Shown here piece after piece: positions 8,603 to 19,300 of a DNA stretch of 64,000 nt. Position numbers and translations under genes: made by a program. The notes beneath the pieces are model-generated. The model had not been told where the DNA came from, ran no database searches, and saw nothing but the letters and a program-made list of their open reading frames with translations. The DNA lies in the NCBI GenBank assembly GCA_964607835.1, contig CAZSLL010000005.1, positions 4,785-68,784 of the forward strand, written 5' to 3'. This DNA comes from an uncultured archaeon. GTDB taxonomy: Archaea; Aenigmatarchaeota; Aenigmatarchaeia; QMZP01. How positions within the stretch are numbered: position 1 is the stretch's first letter; every line of letters starts with the position of its first letter.

Positions 8603-9481
8603 ATGGCTTTCGGCGCTTACAAGCGGCTCTCTGTGAGGGTTTTCGGAGGGTTCGCAAAGTCCTCTGAGAACAGCTTCAGGTCAATCGGGCCCTGGATGAA
8701 AGGGGCGGGCATCCACATGCTCGCAAGGACCTACATCTCCATGATTTACATGACCACTGTGCTGGCCTACATAGCGGGGCTGGCAACCGCGCTGGTTCTG
8801 AGCTCCCTTTTCGTGGAGGACCTGGTCATGATGGTGTACTACGTGACCTTCGGGCCTGTTCTCGGGGCCTCGGTTGTGTTCATGCTGCTGTATATATACC
8901 CGTCGAGCAGGTACAAGTCGGCCAGGAGGTCCATTGACAACAACCTCCCATTCGCGCTGATACACATGGACTCAATCTCCTCCTCAGGCATTCCAACGGA
9001 GTTTATGTTCGAGCTCCTGGGCAAACTGAAGGAATACGGGGAGATATCCAGGCAATCCAGACTGGTCATGAGGAACATAAAGACCTTTGGCATGAGCTCC
9101 ATAAGCGCTATCAACGACGTGGCAGAGAAGAGCCCGTCGCCTGCATTCAGGCAGGTCCTGACCGGAATCAGCTCCACGGTGGGGAAGGGAGGGAACCTCT
9201 CCGGTTACCTGAAGGAGATGAGCGAGAAGAACCTATTCGAGTACAGGATGAGTAGAGAGAAGTACGTCAAGACACTATCGACTTACGCGGACGTATACAC
9301 GGCTGTGCTGATAGCTGCCCCGCTCATGTTCCTTTCTGTGCTGGTCATGATGAACGTGATAGGGGGGGATGTGCTGGGAATGGCCATACCTGACTTCATA
9401 AATCTCATGACATATGTCATCGTGCCTGCCATGAACATCGGATTCCTGGCCTTCCTGCACACCAGCCACCCGGGAAGTTAA
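8603..9481 (+). CDS. FlaJ/TadC-like polytopic membrane protein (type IV pilus/archaellum assembly platform)
   Basis: The profile is multi-TM with a cytoplasmic domain between TM1 and TM2, typical of T2SS-F/FlaJ. It is convergent with the FlaI-like ATPase. I placed the start at the internal ATG (MAFGAYKRL). Confidence 0.6.
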   Translation: MAFGAYKRLSVRVFGGFAKSSENSFRSIGPWMKGAGIHMLARTYISMIYMTTVLAYIAGLATALVLSSLFVEDLVMMVYYVTFGPVLGASVVFMLLYIYPSSRYKSARRSIDNNLPFALIHMDSISSSGIPTEFMFELLGKLKEYGEISRQSRLVMRNIKTFGMSSISAINDVAEKSPSPAFRQVLTGISSTVGKGGNLSGYLKEMSEKNLFEYRMSREKYVKTLSTYADVYTAVLIAAPLMFLSVLVMMNVIGGDVLGMAIPDFINLMTYVIVPAMNIGFLAFLHTSHPGS

Positions 9482-9564
9482 AGCAATATCAGATTATTAC
9501 TTAATGCAGAACAGCATGCCAATGACAATAAGGAAGGCCAAACCCAGGAATGCGCAGCTCTGAA

Positions 9565-11481
9565 TCACTCTTTGGGATTTGCTTTCTTCTCCGCTTTCTG
9601 CGCGGGAGCTGCTGACTCCTCCGCTTTCTGCGCGGGAGGATTTGCTTTCTTCGGGGGTGACTCTTTTTCCTCCCCTCTCTTCGGGGGTGACTCTTTTTCC
9701 TCCCCTCTCTTCGGGGGTGACTGCTGTTTACTGGAAAGCTCAGACTCTGCCAGTTCCTCGTAGTCCTCGAGTACACCACTGATGCCATTTCTCCCGGGCT
9801 TATGCCTGGGCCTGGGCTTCTTCTTTGAGGCTGCCTCCTTGGCATGCTTCTCGGCATTCTCGGCCTTCTTAACCCTTTCCTTCTTGAATGGGGTTCTGTT
9901 CTCCCTGACCCATTTCATCACAGTAGGCTGGTCCTTGTAGTAGAGGTTGATAATCCTGCAAACGTCATGGAAGTACACAACAGAATGGGCCTGCATCCAT
10001 TCTATAACCTTCTTCCGCCTCTCGAGCTCTTCGCTCATCCTCCCGAAGGCCAGCCCCTCTTCAAATGATATCCTCTGGAGAATCTCAGAGCTGCCCGTGC
10101 TCTCCCTGTATACGTCCTCAGACGGAATCCAGGAGAATGACTCCTTGGTATGGGCCCGCCCTGTGTGGGAATCCACTGACTGGATTTCCACTATCCTCTT
10201 GACCCTTCTGGATGATTTGCCCTTCTCCTTTGCGTTGGTCATCACGACCATGGCGTCCAGGGCCTCCAGAAGGGAGGGCGAGAGCTCTATGGGAGGGGTA
10301 CTCAACCTCTTTATGACGTCTTCCACAGAGCCTGCGTGTATGGTGCCAAGCGAGGCGTGGCCCGAGGCCATTCCCTGGAACATGACGTAGGCCTCTTTTC
10401 CCCTGACCTCGCCCACCACAACGTATGACGGGTTCTGCCTGAAGGACTCTCTGAGAAGGTCGTAGAGCCCTATCTCCCCGTACCTTTTCCCGTTCGCCTC
10501 TGGCATACCGAAGCCCCTTCTGGATACCGATGGAATCCAGTTATCGTGGGGCAGGTTGATTTCCCTTGTGTCCTCGATAGAGATTATCTTGTCCTCGGGG
10601 GGTATGAACATGCTTATGGCGTTCAGGAAGGTGGTCTTTCCGGTGGAGACGCCCCCGCATATCATTATCGAGACATTGTACTGGCAGAGCAGCCAGAGAT
10701 AGGCAAGCATGGATGATGATACAGTGCCCATGTTTAGGAGGTCTATGGGCGAGAACGGGTGGCTCCTGAACTTCCTTATCGAGAAGCTCGGGCCCTTGGT
10801 GGTGACGTCCTTTGCCAGCGAGGCCTGCACCCTGGAGCCGTCCGGAAGGCTTCCGTCGAGCAGGGGAGACGCGTAGGATATGTACCTTCCGCACCTCTCA
10901 GCAATCTTGATTACCAGGTCAGAGAGGTAGTCATTGTCCCTGAAGGTAAGATTGGTCCTTATGGAGCCGAATACCTTATGAACCACGTATATCGGGCTTC
11001 CCACGCCGTTGCAGCCTATGTCCTCTATGTAGGGGTCGTGCATCAGGGGCTCTATCTCGTTGAGGCCTATGAAGTCACGGGCTATGTAGTACATCACCCT
11101 CTGGAAGGGCTTCCCGCCGAGGGTGAGGCCGAGCTCGTCAATGGCCTCCACGACCTTGCCCTGGAGATAGGACAGGGTCTTCTCGTCCTTCTGGAGGCTC
11201 TCCAGCTTGACGTCTATGACCTCCCTGAGGGCCTCCTCTATACTTGATATGGCCTTGTGCTCAGCAGGCCTGAGGCCAGGCTCCTCCAGGCTGTACAGAA
11301 GGGACTTCTCTTTCTGTGACCACTTTATCCTGGCGTGGGCATGGGGATCTATAAGGGGGTACCTTACATCAACCTTTGATGCGCTCTTGAATCCTGGTAT
11401 AACTACCAGCTTCTTGGGCTCCCTGAAGGAGAGAGGCTTATATCTCTTCTCGCTTTTCCTGAACAGACCCCTGAGCGCCAT
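9565..11481 (-). CDS. FlaI/VirB11/PilB-family secretion ATPase with a C-terminal Lys/Glu-rich repeat extension
   Basis: It has Walker A GGVSTGKTTFLNA, the Asp and His boxes, and Walker B VVVGEVRG. The C-terminus carries repeats (SPPKRGEEKESPPKRGEEKE...APAQKAE) encoded by the dispersed DNA repeats. Confidence 0.8.
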   Translation of the reverse strand: MALRGLFRKSEKRYKPLSFREPKKLVVIPGFKSASKVDVRYPLIDPHAHARIKWSQKEKSLLYSLEEPGLRPAEHKAISSIEEALREVIDVKLESLQKDEKTLSYLQGKVVEAIDELGLTLGGKPFQRVMYYIARDFIGLNEIEPLMHDPYIEDIGCNGVGSPIYVVHKVFGSIRTNLTFRDNDYLSDLVIKIAERCGRYISYASPLLDGSLPDGSRVQASLAKDVTTKGPSFSIRKFRSHPFSPIDLLNMGTVSSSMLAYLWLLCQYNVSIMICGGVSTGKTTFLNAISMFIPPEDKIISIEDTREINLPHDNWIPSVSRRGFGMPEANGKRYGEIGLYDLLRESFRQNPSYVVVGEVRGKEAYVMFQGMASGHASLGTIHAGSVEDVIKRLSTPPIELSPSLLEALDAMVVMTNAKEKGKSSRRVKRIVEIQSVDSHTGRAHTKESFSWIPSEDVYRESTGSSEILQRISFEEGLAFGRMSEELERRKKVIEWMQAHSVVYFHDVCRIINLYYKDQPTVMKWVRENRTPFKKERVKKAENAEKHAKEAASKKKPRPRHKPGRNGISGVLEDYEELAESELSSKQQSPPKRGEEKESPPKRGEEKESPPKKANPPAQKAEESAAPAQKAEKKANPKE

Positions 11482-11518
11482 GTATATTAATTGTCCAGGC
11501 CAGTTAAAATTAGTTCAC

Positions 11519-12211
11519 TCATCTCATTTTCATGAGGGCCTCTTCGTCCGGGTAGACCTCTATGCCCTTTCCTGTTATCCTGTAGGGGTGAAGCTTCTCT
11601 GAGTGATTGGAGCCCCTGACCTTCCACACCTGGATTGCCCTTGAGAATGCTGACTGAATCCTCTCGTAGTAGAGCACCACGACGCTGTCTGTCACGAACT
11701 CCTCCACACCGTAGCGTGATATGCCCCGTGTGCCGGGAACTATCTCGCTCACCAGGAGGGAGGTGCAGCCGAGCTTCCTGAGTATCATGGAGAGGTCGAA
11801 TATCATTTTCCTGAGCTCTGAGTCATCCTTTACGTGAAGCCCCAGGGCTGAGATGGAATCCACCACCACCCTCTTTGCCTTGACCTCCCTTACCTTTGAC
11901 TCCAGGATGTCGAAAACCTCCTCTATGTGGTAAGGGTCGTACTTGATGAAAGCAAAATCCCCGCTCTTCTCCAGGGAGGCCAGGTCCCAGCCGAACTCCT
12001 TGACGTTCTCCTTTATGGCTTCAGCGGGCTCCTCGAAGGAGAGGTACACGCCCTTCTCCTTGAACTTTCTGATTCCCTCGTATATGAACTGGGTGCAGAA
12101 AGTGGTCTTTCCCGTTCCGCTCGTGCCAGTGATGAGTGCCAGCTGCGCCTGGGGTATGCCTCCGCCCAGAATCTTGTCCATGCCCGGTATTCCGGTCTTT
12201 AGCTTGTCCAT
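11519..12211 (-). CDS. KaiC/RecA-superfamily ATPase (FlaH-like)
   Basis: It has Walker A GTSGTGKTTF and a KaiC-like fold signature (GIPGMDKILGGGIP). It sits directly upstream of, and co-directional with, the FlaI-like gene. Confidence 0.7.
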   Translation of the reverse strand: MDKLKTGIPGMDKILGGGIPQAQLALITGTSGTGKTTFCTQFIYEGIRKFKEKGVYLSFEEPAEAIKENVKEFGWDLASLEKSGDFAFIKYDPYHIEEVFDILESKVREVKAKRVVVDSISALGLHVKDDSELRKMIFDLSMILRKLGCTSLLVSEIVPGTRGISRYGVEEFVTDSVVVLYYERIQSAFSRAIQVWKVRGSNHSEKLHPYRITGKGIEVYPDEEALMKMR

Positions 12212-12265
12212 CTTGACACTGTATATAATTGCACGCCGGGTTAAAAATAACACCAGCGGGAGGCA

Positions 12266-12634
12266 TCATCCAATTATCCTGCCAATCTTCTTCGCAGACC
12301 TCTCCATGTTCATGAGAACAAGGCCGATGTTGACCTTGGGCTTCACGAGCACAGTGAGGATGACGTCAGGGGTGGCCCCTATGGACACAAGCTTCCCGTT
12401 TGCAGACTCCACGACGACCTGGATGAACTTTCCTATGCTAAGCTCGTTGCTGGCTGTTTCTCCTGTCCCCACTATGGCCGCGGTCATGGCTGCCACTGCC
12501 TTTGAGTTCACGTCCTCGGGAAGGCTGGACAAAACCATGAGGCCGTCCCTTCTGACCACCGCGGCCCCCTTTATGTCAGCAGCTGACTGGAGCTCGTCCA
12601 GAAGAGCCTTCAGTTCCTCTTCCTTGGTTGACAT
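12266..12634 (-). CDS. Roadblock/LC7-domain protein (MglB-like)
   Basis: 122 aa with a Roadblock/LC7-like pattern (GAAVVRRDGLMVLSSLPED...AAMTAAIVGTGE). Confidence 0.7.
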   Translation of the reverse strand: MSTKEEELKALLDELQSAADIKGAAVVRRDGLMVLSSLPEDVNSKAVAAMTAAIVGTGETASNELSIGKFIQVVVESANGKLVSIGATPDVILTVLVKPKVNIGLVLMNMERSAKKIGRIIG

Positions 12635-12646
12635 TGCATGACCTCC

Positions 12647-13813
12647 TCATATCTCCCATTTCTGCCTCTTGAGCACTATGTCAAAGAGCTTGTCAAGTGC
12701 CTTGTCTGTCCCTTTATTCTTCACGGCAACAATGCCAACAGCGGGATAGCCAAGCTCCTTCTCTATCTTTTTAGGGGACAACGCCCCCTTCATGTCCTGT
12801 TTGTTGGCCAGGACAAGAACAGGTATGCCCTTTGACTTTATCTTCCTGAGCATCTGCTTTGCCCTCTTTATGCTATCGGGCTGGGTGGAGTCCACCACCA
12901 GGAGAATGCCCAGCGTGCTCTTGGAGAGCATCTGGAGGGTCCAGTCAAACCTCTCCTGCCCGGGGGTGCCAAACAGGTCCACTGACATGCCCTTCTTTTC
13001 CACGTGACCGTGGTCCAGGGCTATGGTGGTGCCCATCCTGTCTATGCTAACAGGCCTCTGGGAAAGGGCCTTCACCACAGAGGACTTGCCAGCGTGGAAG
13101 GGGCCTGTCACGAGTATCTTCGGGATGTACATGGAAATGCCCGAAGGCGTTATCTCAAAGGGTATGGCGAACTTGAGCCTTGGCTTATGAACATAAAGCT
13201 GCTTGAGCACGAGTCCCTTGCTGTCAAAGGCCTTGAGCCATATCACATAATCAAAGCACTTGGCGAATCGCTGTATGTTGCTTGGCTTGAAGCCTATGTT
13301 GGCCATCAGGTAATATGAGATTGTCCTGGTGTCCCTGAGGTCCTTCTCAGTGTCCTTCAGGAACCTTTCCACATCGCTCCAGTGGCCTACCCAGAAATCC
13401 AGGGAATCGAACACAGCAGTGGTGCCATACCCCTTCATGCTCTTCAGGGCATTCCTGAAGACCTTCTTGGACTTCTCTATGTAAGGCCTTACGTTTATGG
13501 TCTTCTCATCTATCGAGTAGCTCTCCCTGCTCTTCCTTCCCAGGCTGTAGGATATGCCGTCTATGAAGGACATCTTGCTGCTGAACCTCTGCCAGCCGGA
13601 TATGTTCTGCTTTATGTAGTCAGGGGTCTTGTTGTTGATGAAGTATATGCCGTTGTCCCCCTCCTTCAGCCTGCTCGCCATGATGCTTATGCCGAACATG
13701 GCCTTGTCCACGAGCATGTCTGATATGACCAGGACCCTGGAGCCGTCCTCGAATCCGCCGTCAAAGAACTCATCGAGCTTGGGAATCGTGGTGGAGACTT
13801 TCATATGGCTCAT
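12647..13813 (-). CDS. Fusion of a degenerate KaiC-like domain (no P-loop) with a small Ras-superfamily, MglA-like GTPase
   Basis: The C-terminal 150 aa have G1 GPFHAGKSS, G3 DLFGTPGQE and G4 NKQD. The N-terminal domain is KaiC/RecA-like but lacks Walker A. Confidence 0.65.
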   Translation of the reverse strand: MSHMKVSTTIPKLDEFFDGGFEDGSRVLVISDMLVDKAMFGISIMASRLKEGDNGIYFINNKTPDYIKQNISGWQRFSSKMSFIDGISYSLGRKSRESYSIDEKTINVRPYIEKSKKVFRNALKSMKGYGTTAVFDSLDFWVGHWSDVERFLKDTEKDLRDTRTISYYLMANIGFKPSNIQRFAKCFDYVIWLKAFDSKGLVLKQLYVHKPRLKFAIPFEITPSGISMYIPKILVTGPFHAGKSSVVKALSQRPVSIDRMGTTIALDHGHVEKKGMSVDLFGTPGQERFDWTLQMLSKSTLGILLVVDSTQPDSIKRAKQMLRKIKSKGIPVLVLANKQDMKGALSPKKIEKELGYPAVGIVAVKNKGTDKALDKLFDIVLKRQKWEI

Positions 13814-13904
13814 TGATTAATTGTCGGGCCGGTCTTAAATACATTCGAGGGGGCCATTTTTCAGGGTATGATTTATAATGAATCGAGACGAATAATATCA
13901 TAGT

Positions 13905-14600
13905 ATGAAGAGCGCGACAGGAATTAAGAAGCTGGACGCCCTGCTTAAGGGGGGGTTCCCTGACAACTCCACCATACTGGTGAGGGGCGCCACAGGAACC
14001 GGCAAGTCAACGCTCTGTCAGCAGTTCATAAGGTCAGGCCTGAATACCTCCCAGCCCGCTGTTTACATAACCCTTGACACCTCCCCGGAGGACATACTCG
14101 AGAACATGAAGAGGTTCGGCGGGGGAATGGAGAAGTTCCTCACCAAAAAGGGAATGGTTTTCCTTGATGCTTATTCATGGAAAACGGGTGGGGGGAAGGA
14201 TGAGGACTGGAAGAGGGTTCTGAGGGGAGGGCTTGACATAAACAGCATAAATGTCATGCTCTCTGACATACTCAGGGAGCTAGACAGGGATGGCAAGAGG
14301 AGCGTTTTCGACTCAGTCTCAACGCTACTGCTCTACATACCCGTGGAGCTGGTGGTCAGGTTCATCCCAATCCTCATAGCAAAGTGCAAGCAGGCAAAAT
14401 CAACCCAGGTCCTCATACTCGAGGAGGGTGTCCACGACAAGGAAATCGTCAACACCATGGCATATCTCTCAGACGGGGTGATAGAAATGAAGCAGGAGGG
14501 CAACAAGAAAATGCTCAGGGTCAGCAAGATGAAGGGAATCTCCTGCACCAGGGACTGGATGGATTACGACATCAAGGAATCAGGCCTTGAGATTGCCTGA
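13905..14600 (+). CDS. KaiC/RecA-superfamily ATPase
   Basis: It has Walker A GATGTGKSTL and a KaiC-like architecture. It is divergent from the GTPase gene. Confidence 0.7.
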   Translation: MKSATGIKKLDALLKGGFPDNSTILVRGATGTGKSTLCQQFIRSGLNTSQPAVYITLDTSPEDILENMKRFGGGMEKFLTKKGMVFLDAYSWKTGGGKDEDWKRVLRGGLDINSINVMLSDILRELDRDGKRSVFDSVSTLLLYIPVELVVRFIPILIAKCKQAKSTQVLILEEGVHDKEIVNTMAYLSDGVIEMKQEGNKKMLRVSKMKGISCTRDWMDYDIKESGLEIA

Positions 14601-14975
14601 AAGCCGGCATGCCATGTTATAAATAAAAGACTTACCCGCTGAACAGTCAGTAATATTCACATCATGCTCCATAAGCAGAAAGCAATTCACCATACATGAG
14701 CCAAAGACTGGTTTGGTTCATTCCCAGGGAAACGGGCAATGGAAAGCCTCTGGCTTCTCGCAGCCCTGGACATATTGGCAATGGCTTTTTTGGCGATTAA
14801 CCTTTTCTCAGGAGGTCTCGCATGTTCAGAAAAGAGTACATCGGGGGTTTCCAGGTCGAGAGATGGACTGACAGGCTTTGCAGAAAGGCGAGGGACATCT
14901 CGAGCAGCATTGCTGAATTTTTCAGGAGGTTCAGGGTGTAGGCAGTGCTGAAAGGAGAAACCTTAAGCTTTCTTT

Positions 14976-14997
14976 AACCTTTTCAGGGAACCCAGGG
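14976..14997. promoter_or_regulatory. Perfect inverted repeat GGGAACCC-a-GGGTTCCC, about 160 bp upstream of aRF1
   Basis: I see an 8-bp palindromic arm pair directly in the sequence. This is a candidate transcription-factor site. Confidence 0.3.
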
Positions 14998-15158
14998 TTC
15001 CCGCATTGCTCTGTCAAATAAGAGGGATATTTATCAGAATCCCAATCTTTATAAGCAGGGAAACCAAATGCAGTAACATTCAAGCCACTCCTGGTTACGC
15101 GTCGGATTGCATTGCACTGGAGTGTGTGCAGGCGCCCGAGGCGCCTGAAGGAGAGAAT

Positions 15159-16367
15159 ATGCACGACAAGGAAAGCCAGCTAAGGGCCCTGATAAAGGAG
15201 CTGGAGGGCATAAAGGGAAGGCACACCGAACTGGTGACAATTTACGTACCTGCTGGTTTCAACCTCGACAAGGTGGCCGAGCAGATAAAGCAGGAGCAGG
15301 GGACTGCACAAAACATAAAAAGCAAGGCAGTGAGGAAGAACGTGCTGGGCGCGCTTGAGAAGATTATACAGCATCTGAAGCTTTACAGGCAGACCCCTGA
15401 GAACGGGATTGCTATATTCTGCGGCAACGTGTCTGACAAAGAGGGGGTCACTGACCTGGAGATATGGGCAGTGGAGCCCCCTGAACCGCTGAAGACCAGG
15501 CTCTACAGGTGCGACCAGGTGTTCGTCATGGACCCCCTCAAGGAGATGGTGAGGGAGAAGGAGCTCTACGGCTTCATTGTGCTGGACAAGTCAGAAGCAT
15601 CAATAGGCATGCTCAGGGGAACCAAGATGGTGAAGCTCAAGGACATGGAATCAGTGGTCCCCGGCAAGACCAAGGCAGGAGGCTGGTCCCAGGCCAGATA
15701 CGCCAGGGTAAGGGAAGGCCTTCTGAACGACTTCCTCAAGAAGGTGGGGGAAGTGGCCTCCTCAGAGTTCAAGGACAACAAGGACATACTGGGCATTGTC
15801 ATCGGAGGCCCTGGTCCCATAAAGGAGCAGTTCGCTGATGGAGATTTCATTCACTACGAGGTCAAGAAGAAGGTAGTGGGCATAGTCAACACATCCTACA
15901 CAGGCGAGTACGGCCTGAGGGAGGCCGTGGACAGGGCAGAGGACCTCATATCCGAGGCATCTGTCATGAAGGAAAAGCGGGTTCTGGAGAGGTTCTTTGA
16001 CGAGTTCGGGAAGGACAGCGGGCTGGCTGTCTACGGCTTCAAAGAGGTCACGGACGCAATGAAGCAGGGAAACCTGGAGATTCTCATACTATCGGAGAGT
16101 TTCGACTGGGTGAGGGCCGGACTTGAATGCGCCTGCGGATTCAGGACCAGCAAGGTGCTGGAGAGGGGCCAGCTCGATTCACAGCACTGCCCAGAGTGCA
16201 ACCAGAGGCTCGAGGTCACGCAGGAGAAGGAGCTCACAGAGGAGCTGATACAGCTCGCTGAACAGATGTCCACTACCGTGGAGATTGTCTCAGTCAACAC
16301 AGGAAGGGGCGAGCAGGTCAAGGAGCTTGGCGGTATAGTGGGCATTCTAAGATTCAGGCAGGAATAG
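15159..16367 (+). CDS. prf1: Peptide chain release factor aRF1 (eRF1 homologue)
   Basis: The NIKS motif is present (TAQNIKSKAVRKN), and eRF1 domains 2 and 3 plus a C-terminal zinc ribbon are recognisable. The GGQ loop reads AGGWSQARYAR. The stop codon is TAG. Confidence 0.85.
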   Translation: MHDKESQLRALIKELEGIKGRHTELVTIYVPAGFNLDKVAEQIKQEQGTAQNIKSKAVRKNVLGALEKIIQHLKLYRQTPENGIAIFCGNVSDKEGVTDLEIWAVEPPEPLKTRLYRCDQVFVMDPLKEMVREKELYGFIVLDKSEASIGMLRGTKMVKLKDMESVVPGKTKAGGWSQARYARVREGLLNDFLKKVGEVASSEFKDNKDILGIVIGGPGPIKEQFADGDFIHYEVKKKVVGIVNTSYTGEYGLREAVDRAEDLISEASVMKEKRVLERFFDEFGKDSGLAVYGFKEVTDAMKQGNLEILILSESFDWVRAGLECACGFRTSKVLERGQLDSQHCPECNQRLEVTQEKELTEELIQLAEQMSTTVEIVSVNTGRGEQVKELGGIVGILRFRQE

Positions 16368-16373
16368 GCCTCG

Positions 16374-19300
16374 TTAAGAGGAGCCCCAATTGCTCTTTAG
16401 GTTCTCCCACGTGAGTTCCTGGTTGTTCCTTTTGAAGTAGTACCAGAGCACCAGGACAACCGCCAGTATGACAATCCCTATCAGTGAGAGTAACCACCAG
16501 GGAAAGCCCCCGCCGTCTTGCGGTGTGGACTGATCCCCGCAGCCCTCGTCTATCTGGCCGTCGCAGTCGTTATCTATGCCGTCCCCGCAAATCTCTGTGG
16601 AGGGGAATATCGCACCCACGCAGTCGCTCCACTGGCCGTCCACGCATGTGGATGAGCCCAGGGCGCAGACCCCCATATTGGACTCCCCGCAGGGCTTTGT
16701 TTCGCCCTCGCTGATGCACTCGCAGCCATTGTTGACCGTGCCATCACAGTCATCGTCCCTGGAGTTTCCGCAGTCCTCTGTGGCCATGGGGAAGATTGCT
16801 CCCTCGCAACGGGTCCATTCCCCGTTAATACAGTCCCTGGAGCCGAACTCGCATATGCCGTAATCAGTGTCAGGGCCGCATGGGGAACCGGAAAGGTCCT
16901 CGTCAACCTCCCCGTCGCAGTCGTCGTCAAGGCTGTTGCAGGCCTCTTCCTCAGGGAGCTGGCCTCCCTCGCATCCCCCCCACATGCCGCTGGGAAGGCA
17001 TGTCCTGTTCCCAGTTCCCCTGCATATCCCCTGACCGTATGCCACCCCGCCGTCTTCTGGGTTGCAGGGCCTGACGTCGCCTGGCTCGCACTCTATGACC
17101 GAGAAGTTGAACGTGCTCTCCCCTGTGTTCTGGTTGACGTCTGTCCTCACTATGGAGAATCCGGTCTTGTCCACGTAGGTCTCGTAGGGAATCTCCCAGG
17201 AAAGGGTCCACTGGGTATCCCCGCTGGAGCCTGTCCTCTGAACCGGCTCCACTTCCTCATCCCCCATCAACAGGGAGACGTGGTCGATTCCTGACTCGTC
17301 GCTCACAATGGCGTTCACAAGCATGGGCTGGTAGTCTGATGATGCCACCTTCTTCGAGTACTGCGGCTCGTCATTGTCAATCTCAGGGGCCTTCGAGTCT
17401 ATGCGGGTGCCCACAATATCTGACCAGTCGCCCTTGTTGCCTGCCATGTCAAAGGCCTGGCAGGAGAAGTAATATGTACTGTTGTGCAGGCCCGTGAAGA
17501 GCCTTGAGGGCTCCTCGATGTCTGTCCAGCCCGAGGTGGGAGAAGTGCAGGGAGAGGGCTCTGATTTTATGCAGAGATCGTATTCCTTTATTCCTGAGCC
17601 AGTGTCCTGGCCTGACCAGTTGAGCATGAACGTGGTCTTGTTAACCACAGGGGGGAGGCTGGAAATATCACAGGAAGGCGGGAACGAGTCGATGACAAAA
17701 TCCTTGGTGTCAGCCTGGCTTGGGTTACCAGCCAGGTCAAAGCCGATCAGGGTAAAGGAGTATTCTCCTCCCTCTGCGCCTTCATACTCGAGGGATTTAA
17801 CCGACCCTCCGAGATGCCGGTAAAATTCACCATCAAGCCTGACGACATAGTAATCCATTCCCATGTCTTCCTGGGCCTCCCATGTGAGAGTGAAATTGCC
17901 CTGATTACTGTATCCAGTGTCGCTTCCTGTGAAAGAGACAACCGGCGGAACCGTGTCAAGTCCCATTGAGTGCATGCCTATAGAGGACGTAACGGTATTC
18001 CCGCTCCTGTCATAAGTTGCCTCGCATTCGAACCTGTACAAACCGTCATCATCCAGGGTAACGTCGCGTGTGGTCTGGGACTCTTCATTAATCGTGAATG
18101 AGTCAACGAACTCCTGGTAGGTGGAGCCACCGTCAAGGCTCCTCTTTGCCTGTATGCTGTATTCCACGAATGTGCTTCCTGAAACCGGGTCTTCGGAAAC
18201 CCACTCAAGCGTTGTTGTGGTCTTGTTGTTGTATTCAGGAAGATTTACAAACTCGCAGGTCGGAAGGTTCCTGTCAATAGTCACATGAAGGGATTTGTGG
18301 CCTTCCTCGTTGCCCACGTAATCCACTGAGTAGAACTCTGTGTAGTAATCGCATGTTTCCCCGTCCGGACAGTCAGAGCCAACGGTGACAGGGTCAGAAT
18401 ACTGCTCAAAACCAGAGCATTGGGTTGCGTCCCTGGCGTGGCACAAAAGGGTTTCAGCCACACCCGATCCCGCGTCCTGCGCGCTAAGCTTGATTACGAA
18501 CTCCTTTCCAACCGTTGTCCCGTCCCCCGGGCAGTCAACGCATGTTGTCTCGGGAGGTTCGGAGTCCCCCCATGTGCCTGAACTGCAGTAGCCCACGTCC
18601 TGGAGTGAGCTTCCGTCGCTATAGCATACGCCGCTGAAGACGCAGCTTCCCTCAGAAGGGCAGCATGAGATGTCATCAGTGCTCTCAGAGCAGACGCCTG
18701 TTCCGGCGTCAATGCAGTAGGAAAGGAATTCATCGCTGTCGTCCCCGCAGCAGCAGTCTGTCTGGTCGCCATCGTCAATGGGGTCGCAGTCGATACCGCC
18801 CGGGCCCCATGCATCGGCCCCCTCTGTGCACTGGCAGGCTTCCTGGTGCTTGTCCATATCAAAGTCGTCTGAGCTCGAAAGGCACATCTGCGAACTGTCC
18901 AGGCATTCGCCCACGAACTCGTACTGGTCATCGCCGCAGCAGCAGGAGGACTGGTCGCCGGACTCATCAGGGTCGCAGTCTATTCCGCCGATGCTCCATT
19001 TTCCCTGGCCGTGTCCGCACTCGCACCAGCCCTGTTCTGAGTCAAAGTCCACGAAATATCCCTCTACCGGTTCGGGGCCAAGCACTTCATAGGTGTTGTC
19101 AGTGAAAAAAACCTTCAGGGTTCCGTTGTACTGGCCCTCGTCAGGGCAGAAGGTGTAGCCTAGGCTGGTTGAGAATACAAAGGGGTCTTCGAGGGTAAGG
19201 CATGTGCCAGAGGTCTCGATATCAAGGTCTATTTCATTGCTGGTGGAGCCTTGGGCTGATATGAGTGTAAGGGTCATGCTGTCAACATCGCACACCTCGC

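Noticed and set aside
9572-9725. Possible CRISPR-like repeats (TCCGCTTTCTGCGCGGG units)
   Set aside because: The copies are in frame inside coding sequence and have 36-nt periodicity without unique spacers. They recur in other genes as coding repeats.
14601-15158. Long (about 560 bp) non-coding gap, considered as RNase P RNA or 7S RNA
   Set aside because: I see no conserved CR-I to CR-V or SRP helix-8 motifs. There are only local hairpins and a palindrome. Several small ORFs here overlap each other and look non-coding.
16484-19105. Multiple plus-strand and minus-strand ORFs of 60 to 157 aa inside the 1019-aa surface-protein gene
   Set aside because: These are alternative-frame ORFs in a long GC-rich gene. 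The translations are Arg/Pro/Ser-rich low-complexity sequence.
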